A stretch of DNA of 64,000 nucleotides from the NCBI GenBank assembly GCA_009914755.4, contig CP068257.2:24064001-24128000 (forward strand), written 5' to 3'. A program made the position numbers and the translations under genes. This DNA comes from the human T2T-CHM13v2.0 reference genome, Homo sapiens. Under the pieces are notes generated by a model that did no database searches, had not been told where the DNA came from, and was given only the letters and a program-made list of their open reading frames with translations. Below, one piece after another: positions 28,530 through 41,798 of the stretch (positions within the stretch are counted from its first letter, which is position 1; the number at the start of each line of letters is the position of its first letter).

Positions 28530-28634
28530 GTTTCAGTCGGTCGACGCTCACCGGACAGGAAGCGTCTCGGAGACAGTCTGCGACCGGACGGGTCTAGGTG
28601 AGACAGAAGCCAAACAGGAGGAGGAAGTGGAGGG
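28530..28634 (+). other. GABPA: Putative GABPA non-coding exon 1 (5' UTR). Candidate donors are GTGAGA at 28599 or GTAAGT at 28635. The TSS is not determinable from sequence
   Basis: The first coding exon (35137) has an AG acceptor 26 nt before the ATG, so an upstream non-coding exon is needed. The only CpG-island promoter is here. The GTAAGT lies on the + strand among the ETS motifs. Confidence 0.3.
28556..28563 (+). promoter_or_regulatory. ETS-core site CAGGAAGC
   Basis: GGAA core with a purine-rich flank. Confidence 0.4.
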
Positions 28635-28647
28635 TAAGTGCTTCCGG
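28622..28647. promoter_or_regulatory. Inverted pair of ETS sites AGGAAGTG ... CTTCCGG, with a GTAAGT splice-donor consensus between them
   Basis: gAGGAAGTGgagggtaagtgCTTCCGGg at 28621-28648. Confidence 0.5.
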
Positions 28648-28728
28648 GTCCCCTGGCACAGCCTCCGCCATCTTTTCTTCGCCTAATTTGACCCGTTCTT
28701 TTTCCCCTCCTTGAAACCTTGCTCTGTA

Positions 28729-28737
28729 CGCATGCGC
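28729..28737. promoter_or_regulatory. NRF-1-like palindrome CGCATGCGC (tacGCATGCGCtc)
   Basis: Matches the core of the NRF-1 consensus YGCGCAYGCGCR, a motif typical of nuclear-encoded mitochondrial gene promoters. Confidence 0.5.
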
Positions 28738-31700
28738 TCTTTGAGTGGCCTTTCCCCTAGTTCAAGCTCCCCTCCGAGTCAGCGTCCTGTTCGTTAGGGT
28801 TATCGAAGTGTATAAAGGTGCAGGGAAAGTGAGACTGTGTAAAACAAAGCGGATTGGGGCGTTGTGCTTCCTTGTACCTCGTGAGCCTCCGTTGCCTTGG
28901 GCGGTCGTTTTGCGCACCCTGCCGGGAGTTGTAGTCCTGGACCCGAAGGTGCCTGGGAGGCGGGAGGGGGGTTGGGGCTTCTCAGCGCCGATTCCGCGGG
29001 AAGGGCCCTGGGACCTCACACTTCTAGTCGCGGGAGCTGCAGGTCTTACCCGGAGAGACGCTGCACGTGGAGCCCTCGCCGCTGCCGTTCTCAGCCGGCT
29101 CTGGAGTGCGGGCGGGGGCGACAGGGCCGATTCCGGAGTGGGTGAGTGCGGCCGCCGGGGAGGAGGGGAGCGCGGGCCCTCGCGGGCCGGCCTCGTTCCG
29201 GGGCCTTTTCCCCCACAAGGGCCCCCCCGCGGCCGCCTCTGTGTTTTGTTTCCGCTGGTCCCCGGCGCTGTGACTCCCATTTCCGTTCGTGGAGACTTGA
29301 GGGAGCCGGGTGGGGAGGGGCGGGAGAGGCTGTGCGGGGAGCGAAGGGGAGGGGCGGGGGGCGAGCGGCCTGGAGCCCGGGGGGACCGGGCACCGCCGGG
29401 ACCCGTGCCGGACGGGTCGCCTGTCGCCGCTCCCTCCTTTCCGCGTCCCCTCCTCGCCCGTCCGCACTCCTCAGCAGTCTCAGCCTGCTCAGCTGGGATG
29501 TGGTCCTGACGCCCCCGAGATTTTAAGAGCAAAATGCAGACCCTGTCTCATCGCGGGACTCAGCGATTCACTCATTTCAAATCCGCTCTCTTTATAGAAC
29601 AACACACACCAGAATCATTTATCAGCGTATATGGTAGCCATCTGGGTTTGTTTTTTTGTTTTTAAGCAAGGAAGTAAACCAAGGAGATAACAATGGGTTG
29701 TCTACTTGGAAATTTTTTTGTGTACTAGAAGACACGCTGTATGTGCGTGTTTGGATTTAGGGACCCCAGTTTGATCAGGTTAGCGGACCGAGAGGACAAT
29801 GCCTAATATTGCATTGCAAGATGATTAGAAATTTAGAAATAAAATTCATTTCATAAGTAGTTTCCACTAATAGCAGTAGGTCTGACTCGTGAGAAGAGCA
29901 AAGATTTAGCAGGATTCACTTGAGCGAATTGTAGAACGAGGCGGTGATAACATTCTTCGGTAGTGTTATCTTGAACTTCAGAAGAAACCGCTCAACTCTT
30001 TAGCAACTGCTTGAGGGACTAGCCTGTCTCTCAGGGTTCCATCCAGGCTTTCCAAGCTTCTTTATTTTTAGACATACAGTGACGCTGAGTGGACTTCAAG
30101 TCAATTTTACCTGAATTGTGTATACAAGAGCATCTGTCATGAGGCATGTATAGTAATGAAGTAATTAAATCATGAGCTAGATGTTAGGTTGAAGCAAATC
30201 ATCAGACCGAGTACTAAATTAAAACTGTTGACTTTAGCCTTCCCTCAACTCTTTATATATAAAACTCCAAACCTACAGAAGAATTGGGGAAAAAATCATG
30301 CAGTGAACACGCAGATACCCTTCACCTGAGGGTCCCAACTGTTAATCTTTCACTGTATGTGCTTTCTCTTTTTATATTACATAGATATGTATGCTTTGCT
30401 TTTTCTTAACTGCTACCTTTATTTTTGAAAATAAAAATGTCTTTTAATTTCCTCAGACACAGAAAAGCATTTGATAACTTAGGAAAATGTGCAGTTAATC
30501 TCGCAGGTACCCCCACACTCCACTTATAATATATTGGGAACAAAATGTTCTAAGCTCTGTAATAATGCTCTCCAATGAAGGACAATTCTCAAATTTATCT
30601 GTAGTTTCAAAAGGGAATGTTACACCTATCTGTATTTTAAAAGACACTAGCCGTTCCCAGAATTTTTCGTTAAATTCAAGTTTAGTTTGTATCCCATCTT
30701 GTGAAACATTCCGAACCCCAGGTTGGATTTAATCCAGCAGAACCAGAGTGTCAAAGTATATGAAATTGTTCTGTGCAGTTCTGGCGGGGGCAGCCCTTAG
30801 ACGGAGAAACTGCAAGTAATTTTCTCTCAGTTTTCCTAAGTATTGACATAGAAGCCTGAGGAATTGGTTTCAGAAAAAGAGATAAGACTCACTCAAAAAC
30901 TGATATGAAAGATTTGGACTATTTCTCAAATCTCTGTTTTGCTTCTCTGGACTAAGCATAGAGAACCAGGAGAGAAAGAAAGATTTAAGAGACTGAGTAA
31001 TATTTTTTGACAGATCATTTAAGAAACTGAGTAATTTTTTTTTTCTCCAAAAGGGCATGGGTTTTTGTTTTGTTTTGTTTTTTCTCTATTTGGCACTTTC
31101 TAGGGATTGGTCTATAAATTTTTTGAAAGATCATAGGATAAATTTCTTTGTAGCAACTTCCTATTTTAGTGTTTATGTTAGGGGAGCCCCAGGTGTCCCT
31201 GCTGATACGCCATTAGGGCCACTTCTCAGCCTCTGGCTACATCATAATGCTTTTTTTTCTATCTTGCCAAAGTTTCCAGAAAATTTATGTTTTCTAATTT
31301 TAAAAAAATTGGTTGTGGAGATGGGAGTGGACCTCTTTATAAGCCCTGAAAATAAGTGATTTTTTTTAAGTGCTATTCTGCTATAAACCTGATTCTCACT
31401 TTTTTCTGTAGACAACAGTTTTTTATAATATATCTATTTTGTGTGGACATTATTTCCTTTTAACCAATACTGAAATTCCATAGTGTATACTTTCTCCACA
31501 TTTTCTTTGATTAATACTTTCTTAAAATAGACACTTGGATTGGCACCAGCTGTCACCAATAAAGCTGCCCTGAACATTGTCAATCAATCCTGTTAACCAA
31601 TTTGAGAATTTTTCTGGAATGCTTAGTTAGGGATGAAATTGCTGGGTTATAGGTATGAGTATGCTTGATATACTTTTCTCCAGAATGTCTACACCTGTGT

Positions 31701-31775
31701 GTACACCACATCTCCAGAGATAGGGGAATCTTATGTCCCTGCTAACTGCTCTCGTTATTTAATTTTCTGACATTT

Positions 31776-31790
31776 GCCGCCGCCGCCGCC
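31776..31790. repeat. (GCC)5 microsatellite
   Basis: gccgccgccgccgcc. Confidence 0.8.
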
Positions 31791-33184
31791 CCCTGCCCCC
31801 AACACACACATGGTATAAAGTGGTAGTTTCTTGTTTTAAATTGAACTTTTGAATGATTTGAATTTGGGCATTTCTTTGTATCCTGAGTTATTTTGGTTTC
31901 CCGTTATGTGAATATCCTTTTCCTATGCTTTAACTACTTTTCTAATTTGTCCCTTTTTTTGGTTATCAAATTCCAGGCCATTGTCTATTCCATCGTCACT
32001 TTTGGGTATTGGAAACATCTTTCCATTCTGTAGCCTGTCTGTTGAACATAAATCTTGATTTTTATGTAATCAGATTTTTCTCCTTACGGTTATGTTCTTG
32101 GAATTTTATTTAAGAAATCTTTTTCTATCCTGAGACCACAAAAATGTCCCCACCATTTTCTTCTGTTTCATAGTTTTGCCTTGTATGTTTAATCCTTTAA
32201 GGCATGTGTAGTTCATTTTATATGGTGTGAAATAGTTCTTATTCATTTATTCAACACATATTGGTGGAGTGCCTGCTGAAGGTAGTACTCTTCAGAGTAC
32301 TTTGTATATATTTGTGAACACATATTCTTGCCCTGGAAGCTTATGTTGTCCTTCAAGGTAGATCCCTACTCGGTTTCCACCTGTTTTCTTCAGCCCTCAG
32401 GATGAATTCCACAATTTTACACATAGCACCAGTTAAGGAATAGGCTTTATTGGAGAAAAGGAAGGCTTATTAGACCAGCATCAGCAAGAAAAAAAAAAAC
32501 CAAAAACAGAGGGTCTTCATTTCTTCATCATCCCCAAAAAAGCCTGCTGGAGCCTGCGCATTCTGCTAGATATGCACGTGAACAGAATCTGCGCAGTCGG
32601 CTAGATGTGCTTGTGAACGGAGCCTGCGCAGTCTGCTCCATATGCATGCGTCCATCCCAGTGGAGAACCTTACCCTTTTATTGTTCGTCCTTAAAGGGCA
32701 AGCCTGAGAGCAACCTTAATTACGTGGGAAAAATTAGATCATTTTGTATCAGGCAGTCTAGATTTGGGTGCCAGCTATTTGTCAGAAAACCAGCTACCCC
32801 ATAGTTGGAGATATTGAGAACTTAGGAGAGTTATAGCCCTTTCTAAAGTGGGAAGGGAGACTCAGTTTCTTAATGCTAGTGTAACAAATTATGCAAATTT
32901 AGTGGCTTAAAAACACCACCTGTTTATTATCTTACAGTTTTGGAGTCAGAAATATGAAGTAGGTCTCTGGGCTAAAATGAGGTGTTGCCAGTGCTGTTTT
33001 TCTAGAGCCTTCGAGGGAGAATCCGTTCCTTGTCTAGCTTTCAGAAGCTACCTGCATTCCTTGGCTCAAAGCTCCTTTCCTCCATCTTCAAAGCCAGTCA
33101 CAGCTAACCGGCAGATCTTCACATTGAATCACTCTGGCTCTCTCTTCCAATTTCCTCTTCTACTTTTAAGGACCTTCTACTTTT

Positions 33185-33482
33185 ATTTATTTGTTTCAAG
33201 AGATAGGGTCTCGCTGTTGCCCAGGAGGGAGTGCAGTGGCACGATCATCATTGACTGCAGCCTCGACTCCTGGTCTCAAGCGATCTTCTCACTTCAGCCT
33301 CCCAAGTAGCTAGGACAACAGTTGCACACCACCATGCCTGGCTAATTTTAAAAATGTTTTTATAGGAGACAGGTTCTTTTTATGTTGCCCAGGCTGGTCT
33401 TGAACTCATGGGTTCAAACAGTCCTCTCTCCTCGATCTCCCAGAGTATTAGGATTACAGGCATGAGGCACCGTATCTGGCCC
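33185..33482 (-). mobile_element. Alu SINE (antisense, diverged)
   Basis: caagagatagggtctcgctgttgcccaggagggagtgcagtggcacgatc ... ggattacaggcatgaggcaccgtatctggcc. Confidence 0.85.
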
Positions 33483-34572
33483 TAGCTGCGTTTTAAAAAC
33501 GATCACACTCTGGCCGTTGTATTGACTGAGAATAGACTGTGAGGGGACAAGAGTGGACACAGGGACCCCCTTTAGGAGATTGTTGCAGTACTCCAGGTAA
33601 GGGGTGGTGGTGGCTGTTGTACTGATATACGCAATACAGAGCCTATATTTGGACAACCATGGTTCATCCCCATCTGGAATGATACCTACTTAGGTTGATA
33701 CACCAAAACTGTGACATGGAGCCACAAGTGGTTTAGCCTCACCTCTGAATAGCGTTCGTATGAGATGGAGCTCAAAATAAGATTGCTCTATGCAAAGCAT
33801 TTGAATGCAGTGCCTGATGCTCGGCGAGTAATGGTTAATACAAATGAACATTTAAATTCTTCATTTAGTGAAATCTTGTAAGTGGGAGCACAACTCTTTT
33901 GTAAATGTCGAAATACCAAATTTAGTGGAGCGTTCCTTTTAAAGGTACGCCTCTTTTTAGATGTGGTAGTACGCTTAGAATAACTACTCAGAAGGTGCTG
34001 TGGACTGAAAGTGCGTATGGAATTCAAAGACATTCATTGACCTACTGCGAGGTAGTTAATAACAGAACCTGGTACTTAACAGTATTAACACCTCAGACAT
34101 GTCCACAAAGAAATATCTATGTATATTAGCTATTTGTGTATTCTTTAGCATTTTTAAAATTCTAATGTTTTTGTATCAGTGGTTTTAAGCAATAGATAAA
34201 AATTTTACATGGGATAATTAAAAACTGAAGTAGTGGTCTGTTTAAAATAAAACCACCTCTGAAAAAATCATTAAAAATTTTCTACTGTGTGTAATCAGGG
34301 AAATAATGTGCATATCTGTAATTTGTTACTTTGTTTTGCTGTTTTATAATATTCTTGCATTTATAAGAGACATCATTTGTACCAAATCCTAGCTGATTAA
34401 TTTGCATATCATTGTATCAGTGTGATACTTTGCAGTAAATTCTGCTACTAAGGTACAACTTTCAGCTGAATAAACATAGTTCATCTCCATGTTAAGCTTC
34501 AGGTTTGAATCTGTTATTGAGACTGAGTTGCTTTAATATAGTTAACAGACCCTTAACTTAATTTTGAGGTAA

Positions 34573-35013
<441 letters not shown>

Positions 35014-35162
35014 TAAAGACTACTTCCCCCTCTTCTGCTTGGCGTTTGCTTTTTATTTGGATTGGGTCTCTACTTCTTGTGTGTCATTTCGTTTATGTGG
35101 ATAGTTTTAAAATATCTTAAAAAGTCACTCTTGCAGGACTGATCCTTTGAAATACTCCAGCC

Positions 35163-35239
35163 ATGACTAAAAGAGAAGCAGAGGAGCTGATAGAAATTGA
35201 GATTGATGGAACAGAGAAAGCAGAGTGCACAGAAGAAAG
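35163..35239 (+). CDS. GABPA: GABPA exon 2 coding part (exon 35137-35239; ATG at 35163): MTKREAEELIEIEIDGTEKAECTEE(S)
   Basis: ttgcag|gactgatcctttgaaatactccagccATGACTAAAAGAGAAGCA...GAAGAAAG|gttggt. The total GABPA CDS across the nine coding exons is 1365 nt (454 aa plus stop). Confidence 0.9.
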
Positions 35240-36196
35240 GTTGGTGTTTCTGAATTTATCATTTTTTTTCAAAATATCAATATACCTAATTAAAACCAGG
35301 AAACAAGTCATAGTTCTTTTGGACTGTCTTTTTTTAACTGTTCTCAGTATTTTAGGGAATAATGTATTGTTTTATTTCCTCTGACTTAATGTGGTTGTAG
35401 CTGAGAGGGAAAGACAGTTTTAAACTAATGGTAGTAAAAGGGTAAATGAAATCAAAAGCAATTGCTTTCAATAGTTTTCTCCTTTGGGGCATTTGATTCT
35501 TTATTCTTTTCCTCAGCACTGGTTGCTTTAATTTCAGAAATAGTTTAATTCAACCTGAACTCATTTAACAAATATTTATGAGTAACTGTTGTAAACAACT
35601 AATTGACAAGAATATGTGAATAAATAAGATACTAATCTGCCCTTATAAAGGCCACGTTGTATTTGAGGAGACATACAGGTATATGAGTACTTACGGGACC
35701 AGTACTAAGCATAAAATGTAGTGAAAAGTGTTAATTCTTGGAATAATAGTGGAATCATACTTATTTGAAAGGAGGACAGTAGTAATGAGTTCAGAATCCA
35801 AGGAGAGAACATGGGTAGAAATAGACATTTGGGAGTCAACAAGAAGACTGAGGAAAGTAGTAGTTAATGGTCCCTATTGTACTCCGTGAAGTAGGAGGTG
35901 AGATAATAAGCTGAAAGTAAAAGGGATTGAAAAGTACTAGAGAATCTCTGTGGAGTAACAAAGGTTTAGAAGTTTCTGCAGTGGAACTGGACAAGATAAT
36001 TAAGGTTAAGGAGGATACTGAGTATTGAGAGTACAGTTGAGATTTAAAATCTTAAATTTTTAATAGAGCTTTTCAACTTGTTTATCCCAGTTTTTCCAGC
36101 ATAAGAAAGAGGGAATGCATGCTTCTGTGGAATTTCATGTATAGATATTTGTGTTAGAAATTACCCCAAAATTCAGAAACTAAAAATGCGTAACAT

Positions 36197-36513
36197 TCAG
36201 CCAGATGCAGTGGCTCATGCCTGTAGTCCCAACAGTTTGGGAGGCTGAGGTGGGCAGATCACTTGAGCCCAGGAGTTCAAGACCAGCCTGGGCAGCATGG
36301 CAAAACCCTGTCTCTACAAAACATACAAAAAAAAAAAAAATAGCCTGGCCTGGTGACATGTGCCTAAGTCCCAGCTACTCTGGAGGCTGAGGTGAGAGGA
36401 TTGCTTGAGCCCAGGAGTTCAAGGCTGCAGTGAGCCATGATTGTGCCATCGTTGTGCCATTGCATTCCAGCTTTAGTGACAGGACAAGGTGCGGTCTCAA
36501 AAAAAAAAAAAAA
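36197..36513 (+). mobile_element. Alu SINE (sense), forming an inverted pair with Alu 34700-34997 around GABPA exon 2
   Basis: cagccagatgcagtggctcatgcctgtagtccc ... ggtctcaaaaaaaaaaaaaaag. Confidence 0.9.
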
Positions 36514-37336
36514 GCCCAACATTTTTTATTGCTCATTGTTTCTCAGAGAAACCTGGGAGCAACTTACCTGGGTGGATCTGTCTCGGGTATTTCATGAGTT
36601 TGCAATGAAGCTGTCAGCCCAGGCTGCAGTCTTGTAAAGACTTGACTAGGGCTAGGGTGTCTGCGTCCAAAGTCATGCTTGAGACTCTCAGCAAGATGCC
36701 TCAGTTCCTCATCACATGACTCTCTCTAGGGCTGCTCATGGGATGGCAGCTGGCTTCCCTTAAAGCAAATGGTCTGAGAGACAGAATGGCAAAGTAGAAA
36801 GCCCCAGTGTCTTTTTTAAGTAATCTAAGAAGTGACATATCACTTTGTCTTAGTCTTCTGGTCACACAGTCCAACCCTAGTACAGTGCTGGAGGGAACTT
36901 TAAAAGGGCATGAATTTAAGAATCATTGGCAGCCCTCTTGGAGTCTAGCATGCATATATTTATACATGCATGCACACAGATGGTCCACAAAGTCTAAAGT
37001 ATGTACTATCTGACCTTTTGTGGATAGTCTAGGTTAGGCGACAGATTGGTAATTAATATGTATGACCTATGTGAAGGAGGCAGTAATTGTCGTTCACCTA
37101 ACGTAGATTTTTGCTGTGCAAGAATTTAGGTCTAGTAGTATGAGATCATCTTTTTTTTTTTTTTTTAAGAGAAATTGGTACTTTAGATATTTGAGGTCTT
37201 CCAAGGTTTAAATGATAGCAATAAAAACTTTTTAAAAATGTTTAATGTTCAGCTAGTATAAAGTAGTTCTTTAAAAATTTGTTTTAAAAGTGACATTTGA
37301 ATCTTAAGAGTAATTGTTACAAAAAAAGAAAAAACT

Positions 37337-37638
<302 letters not shown>

Positions 37639-37777
37639 CTATAGCTGAAGAGTTTGGTAAAAAGGCTTACTTAAAGTTTTTTTTTACCTTAACAAATAAC
37701 AATAGTAGACTAGTATTTTTAAATAAGCTTGTTTTTAATCATGAGGGTTCTATTTTATAAATTTTAAATGTTTTAAG

Positions 37778-37912
37778 TCAAGTGCAATGGCACACACCTG
37801 TAGTCCCAGCTACTTGGGAGGCTGAGGTGGGAAGATCAGTTGAGCTCAGGAGTTTGAGGCCGGCCTGGTGTGAACATAGGGAGACTCTCTCTAAAATTAA
37901 AATATAAATAAA
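37778..37912 (+). mobile_element. Alu right-arm fragment
   Basis: agtcaagtgcaatggcacacacctgtagtcccagctacttgggaggctgaggtgggaagatc... Confidence 0.75.
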
Positions 37913-38771
37913 TATTTTAGAAAAAAGTTTAAGCTATATACATTCATTGAATATCATGTATGTATCTCATTTTACTTGTAATTTATGTGAAAACTTGACA
38001 GATTTTTAATGCATACTGTTTTTGACAATCACAAATAAGATTTAAATCATATTTAAATTAAACATGTTGGAATACTTAATTGAATTCCACATTCACCAAT
38101 TCAGCAAATATTACTTAGTATTTGTCTATTTGGCCCTATATAAGGATTTGTAAGAGTTATGTAGGATTACTTACCAAAGATTTTAACCCTTTTGAATTCA
38201 AAGTGTGAAATAATATGAAAGAGCACTAAGACAGTTTTTAGGAAGAATATACATTTTTTTTTTAAACGTTGAGCTGTCCTGATTATAACCAGTTGTGTTC
38301 ATATTAAATTAAAGGGAAAGTCTTTTATTTAACTTATTCTATTTTTATATCTTTCTTTTTTTTTATGTGGGGAAGGGAAATTGACTAGTAGAGATGGCAT
38401 ACAGATTTTGAGGAGACAATGTGTCTTCCTTTCTGGGTCTAAAATTCTTCAAAATAACTTGAAAATGTAATGCAAATGCAAACATAATGTATGTGCAATG
38501 TTTATATGTGTACACATACACACATATGTATGTACATACATAATGAGGCATATTTACAAGGATGCTTTAAATTTCAAGCTTAGCATTTCTCTATGAAATT
38601 CAGTGTTCATTTTGGCAACACTAGTTGGTGATGAGCCACAGTATCTATGTAGAAATGACTTTTCAAAGACCAGAAATGTGTTTTGGTTTGGGATTGTGTT
38701 TTTAGCATATTGTTGCTTTGAAATCCAGGGTAAAAAATGTAACTGTTAGCACTTACATCTTTAACATTTAG

Positions 38772-38916
38772 CATTGTAGAACAAACCTACGCGCCAGCTG
38801 AATGTGTAAGCCAGGCCATAGACATCAATGAACCAATAGGCAATTTAAAGAAACTGCTAGAACCAAGACTACAGTGTTCTTTGGATGCTCATGAAATTTG
38901 TCTGCAAGATATCCAG
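38772..38916 (+). CDS. GABPA: GABPA exon 3 (145 nt): (S)IVEQTYAPAECVSQAIDINEPIGNLKKLLEPRLQCSLDAHEICLQDIQ
   Basis: ttag|CATTGTAGAACAAACC...GATATCCAG|gtaatt; in frame with exon 2. Confidence 0.9.
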
Positions 38917-39571
38917 GTAATTTTTATTTTTGTAAATTTCTATTGCAACATTTTAGTCTGCATAGGAATATTTTTTGTTAGCCTTTTCTTTATAGCTATA
39001 GACTTTATCTCTGTAAGAAGATTTGACCTGTATTACTGTAAAATTTAAGTGTTTAGAAATAAAAAGGTTTTTAAGCAAAGTTTTCTCCATTTAAAGTTAT
39101 ATTTTAAATATTTAGTACTAAAACAAATGAAACATTTGTTTTTTACTTTCACAAATATAAAACGAGAAGTTTAAATAAATTAGAATCAAAGCTTAAATAT
39201 AAGTAGTAACAGTAGGAAGCCCATTGACTTTTGAAGCTGAAGTGTATTTCTAGCCAGCTTTTAACTTCTCAAACGTATCATTTAACTAAATGATTTCTAC
39301 ATTTCTGTTTTACCTTTATTTTCTCTAACAGTAAGTTTTGGATAAGAATTTAAATATCAACTGATAGGTCCTGGAATTTATTGTAAAAGGATTTTACCCA
39401 TGGTAGTAGTATAATATGTTATGTCTGAAACATATCCCGAGTCATATTTTACAGTATGTTTTAAAGATAGGTAGTACTTTTATGTATGAAAGGTAGCAGC
39501 CTAAATAGGATTGCCCATACAGTTTTCCATGACCTTCCTTAAACATATGATTAAATACTAGAGTTTTATAC

Positions 39572-39877
39572 TTTTTTTTTTTCTTTTTTTTGAAATGGAG
39601 TCTCGTTCTGTCACCCAGGCTTTAGTGCAGTCGTGTAGTTTCGGGTCACTGCAACCTCCACCTCCCAGGTTCAAACGATCCTCCTGCCTCAGCCTCCTGA
39701 GTAGCTGGGACTACTACAGGCCGATGCTTCCACACCTGGCTAATTTTCGTATTTTTAGTAGACACGGGGTTTTGCTGTGTTGGCCAGGCTGCTCTTGAAC
39801 TCCTGATCTCAAGTGATCCGCCTGCCTTGGCCTCCCAAAGTGCTAGGATTACAGGTGTGAGCCAGCGTGCCTGGCTG
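39572..39877 (-). mobile_element. Alu SINE (antisense) with TSD agttttatac
   Basis: poly-T + gaaatggagtctcgttctgtcacccaggc ... caggtgtgagccagcgtgcctggctg. Confidence 0.9.
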
Positions 39878-41421
39878 AGTTTTATACTATTTTTATATTA
39901 ACTTAGATTAATGTATATTGTTTCATCTTCTGGATCGTTTGATTTATTTTATTCTTTACTCCTTCCCCTGCCTGCCTTGTGATATGGGTATTCTGTATAT
40001 TACAGAACTTTTTTATTAGTTTTTTAAAAATTCAAATCATCATATGCTGCTACTATTTTTAATAAGATATTGTTGTACAATAAGTTGAAGTGTTTTAACA
40101 AAATTTGTGCATTTTATTTGCCTTTTAACCATACTTTAATCTTTTCATTTCAATATAAATCTAGTAATTGGTGGTGGGTAGGGAAGATAGAGTGCCTCTA
40201 AAACTAGGGCATGTGGGAAAGTCTAGTAGTGTTACAAATTTTAGGATTTAAAGTTTTTTTCTCTTAACAATGAGAGGATGAGTTAGCTTAGTCTTTTTGG
40301 AAGACCACCTCCCATTTAATATCTGTTAATGTTAAATGTGAAATTCCTAACAGTTCCACTTCAGCAAATTATTCCTACAGAAATGCTCACTTGGGTAGGT
40401 AAAGATATATGCATGAAGATGTTCATGGCTTTGCAAAAACTGAAAACACCTCAAATGTTCCAAAAATGAGATTTGATAGAATAGAATTCGAGGTAGCCAT
40501 TAAAAACTGGTGAACTTGAGCTATATGGGCAAGGTACGTTGAGTGAAAAAAATACTTACAAAACACTCTAATTCTCTCACGTAATCTTCACATCAGTCTT
40601 TGAAATCAGCATATTTTTAGTCACATTCTGCAGATGTAGAAACAGATTTAAAGAGGTTAAATAATTTGCCCAATGTGTGGCTACAAAAGGGTATACTGGA
40701 ATTTGAACCCAGACCTCTGTGGCTCCAGAACTCTCTTCACTTGTTTGAGACGAAAAAACAAAAAACTTTTTTAAAGGTTTATAGTGAATATAACTCAGTG
40801 TCACTGGACTTTGCCTGGTTTTGCTCATATGTAAAATAAAGGAGAATCTGGACTTGATCTCTTAGTTGTCTTTCAGCTGTAACATTTATTGCTTTCTTTA
40901 TAACACTTGACCTATCCAAAATGAAAGTATGGCCTGCAGATTACCCAGGCTCTTCCAAGTTCTCAGAAAATAATAGTTGGATAAATGGTAATATTTATAA
41001 TTCATATTGTCATAGAATTCAGGGCTAGCTTTGGATCTAAGGGCATTTTGCATTACTCCTTGTCCCCCTTTCCTCCTTAAAAAGGATATGAGGACCACAC
41101 TGACATGTTCTTCATGTCAATGCAAACATACATTTCAGTCAGAAGTCTTGCTGCTTATGGTAATGCTGTGGGCTGACTTGAAAGCTGAGGGAACAACGGC
41201 TAAGTTGCACTTTTTTGAAGAGTGTTAACACAAGATCAAATACCAGGCTTGAGTTTTGTCCTTGTTCTGGCTTTTAGTGAACTTGCTAATATGTTCAGTA
41301 CCTGAGAGCTTATACTTTCAGAGTTACATTTGCCATAGCTTCTAATGGATAATACCAGTGTCCACCAGACAAGGAGAAAAAAACTTGACATTAAGACAAT
41401 TTTTAATGAAATGTATATTAA

Positions 41422-41798
<377 letters not shown>

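Larger units (their letters stand above)
28050..29530. promoter_or_regulatory. CpG island / bidirectional promoter between ATP5PF (-) and GABPA (+); extends about 1 kb into GABPA intron 1
   Basis: Abrupt switch from AT-rich repeat-filled sequence to 70-75% GC with dense CpG. It lies between the first coding exons of two divergently oriented genes. ETS, Sp1 and NRF-1 motifs are present (listed below). Confidence 0.85.

Noticed and set aside
28413-28552. Exact placement of ATP5PF non-coding exon 1 (candidate - strand donors: caag|gtgact at + 28413-28414 and ccg|gtgagc at + 28545-28552)
   Set aside because: At least two plausible GT donors exist on the - strand inside the island, and the TSS cannot be inferred from sequence. 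It is not reported as a feature, only as part of the promoter region.
28745-29532. Overlapping 250-aa ORFs on both strands (and several 80-150-aa ORFs) in 28.0-29.6 kb
   Set aside because: They are confined to the 70-75% GC CpG island. Stop-free frames on both strands are expected from composition. The translations are low-complexity Gly/Arg/Pro/Ala and neither strand shows coding periodicity. The location is the promoter and intron 1 of GABPA.
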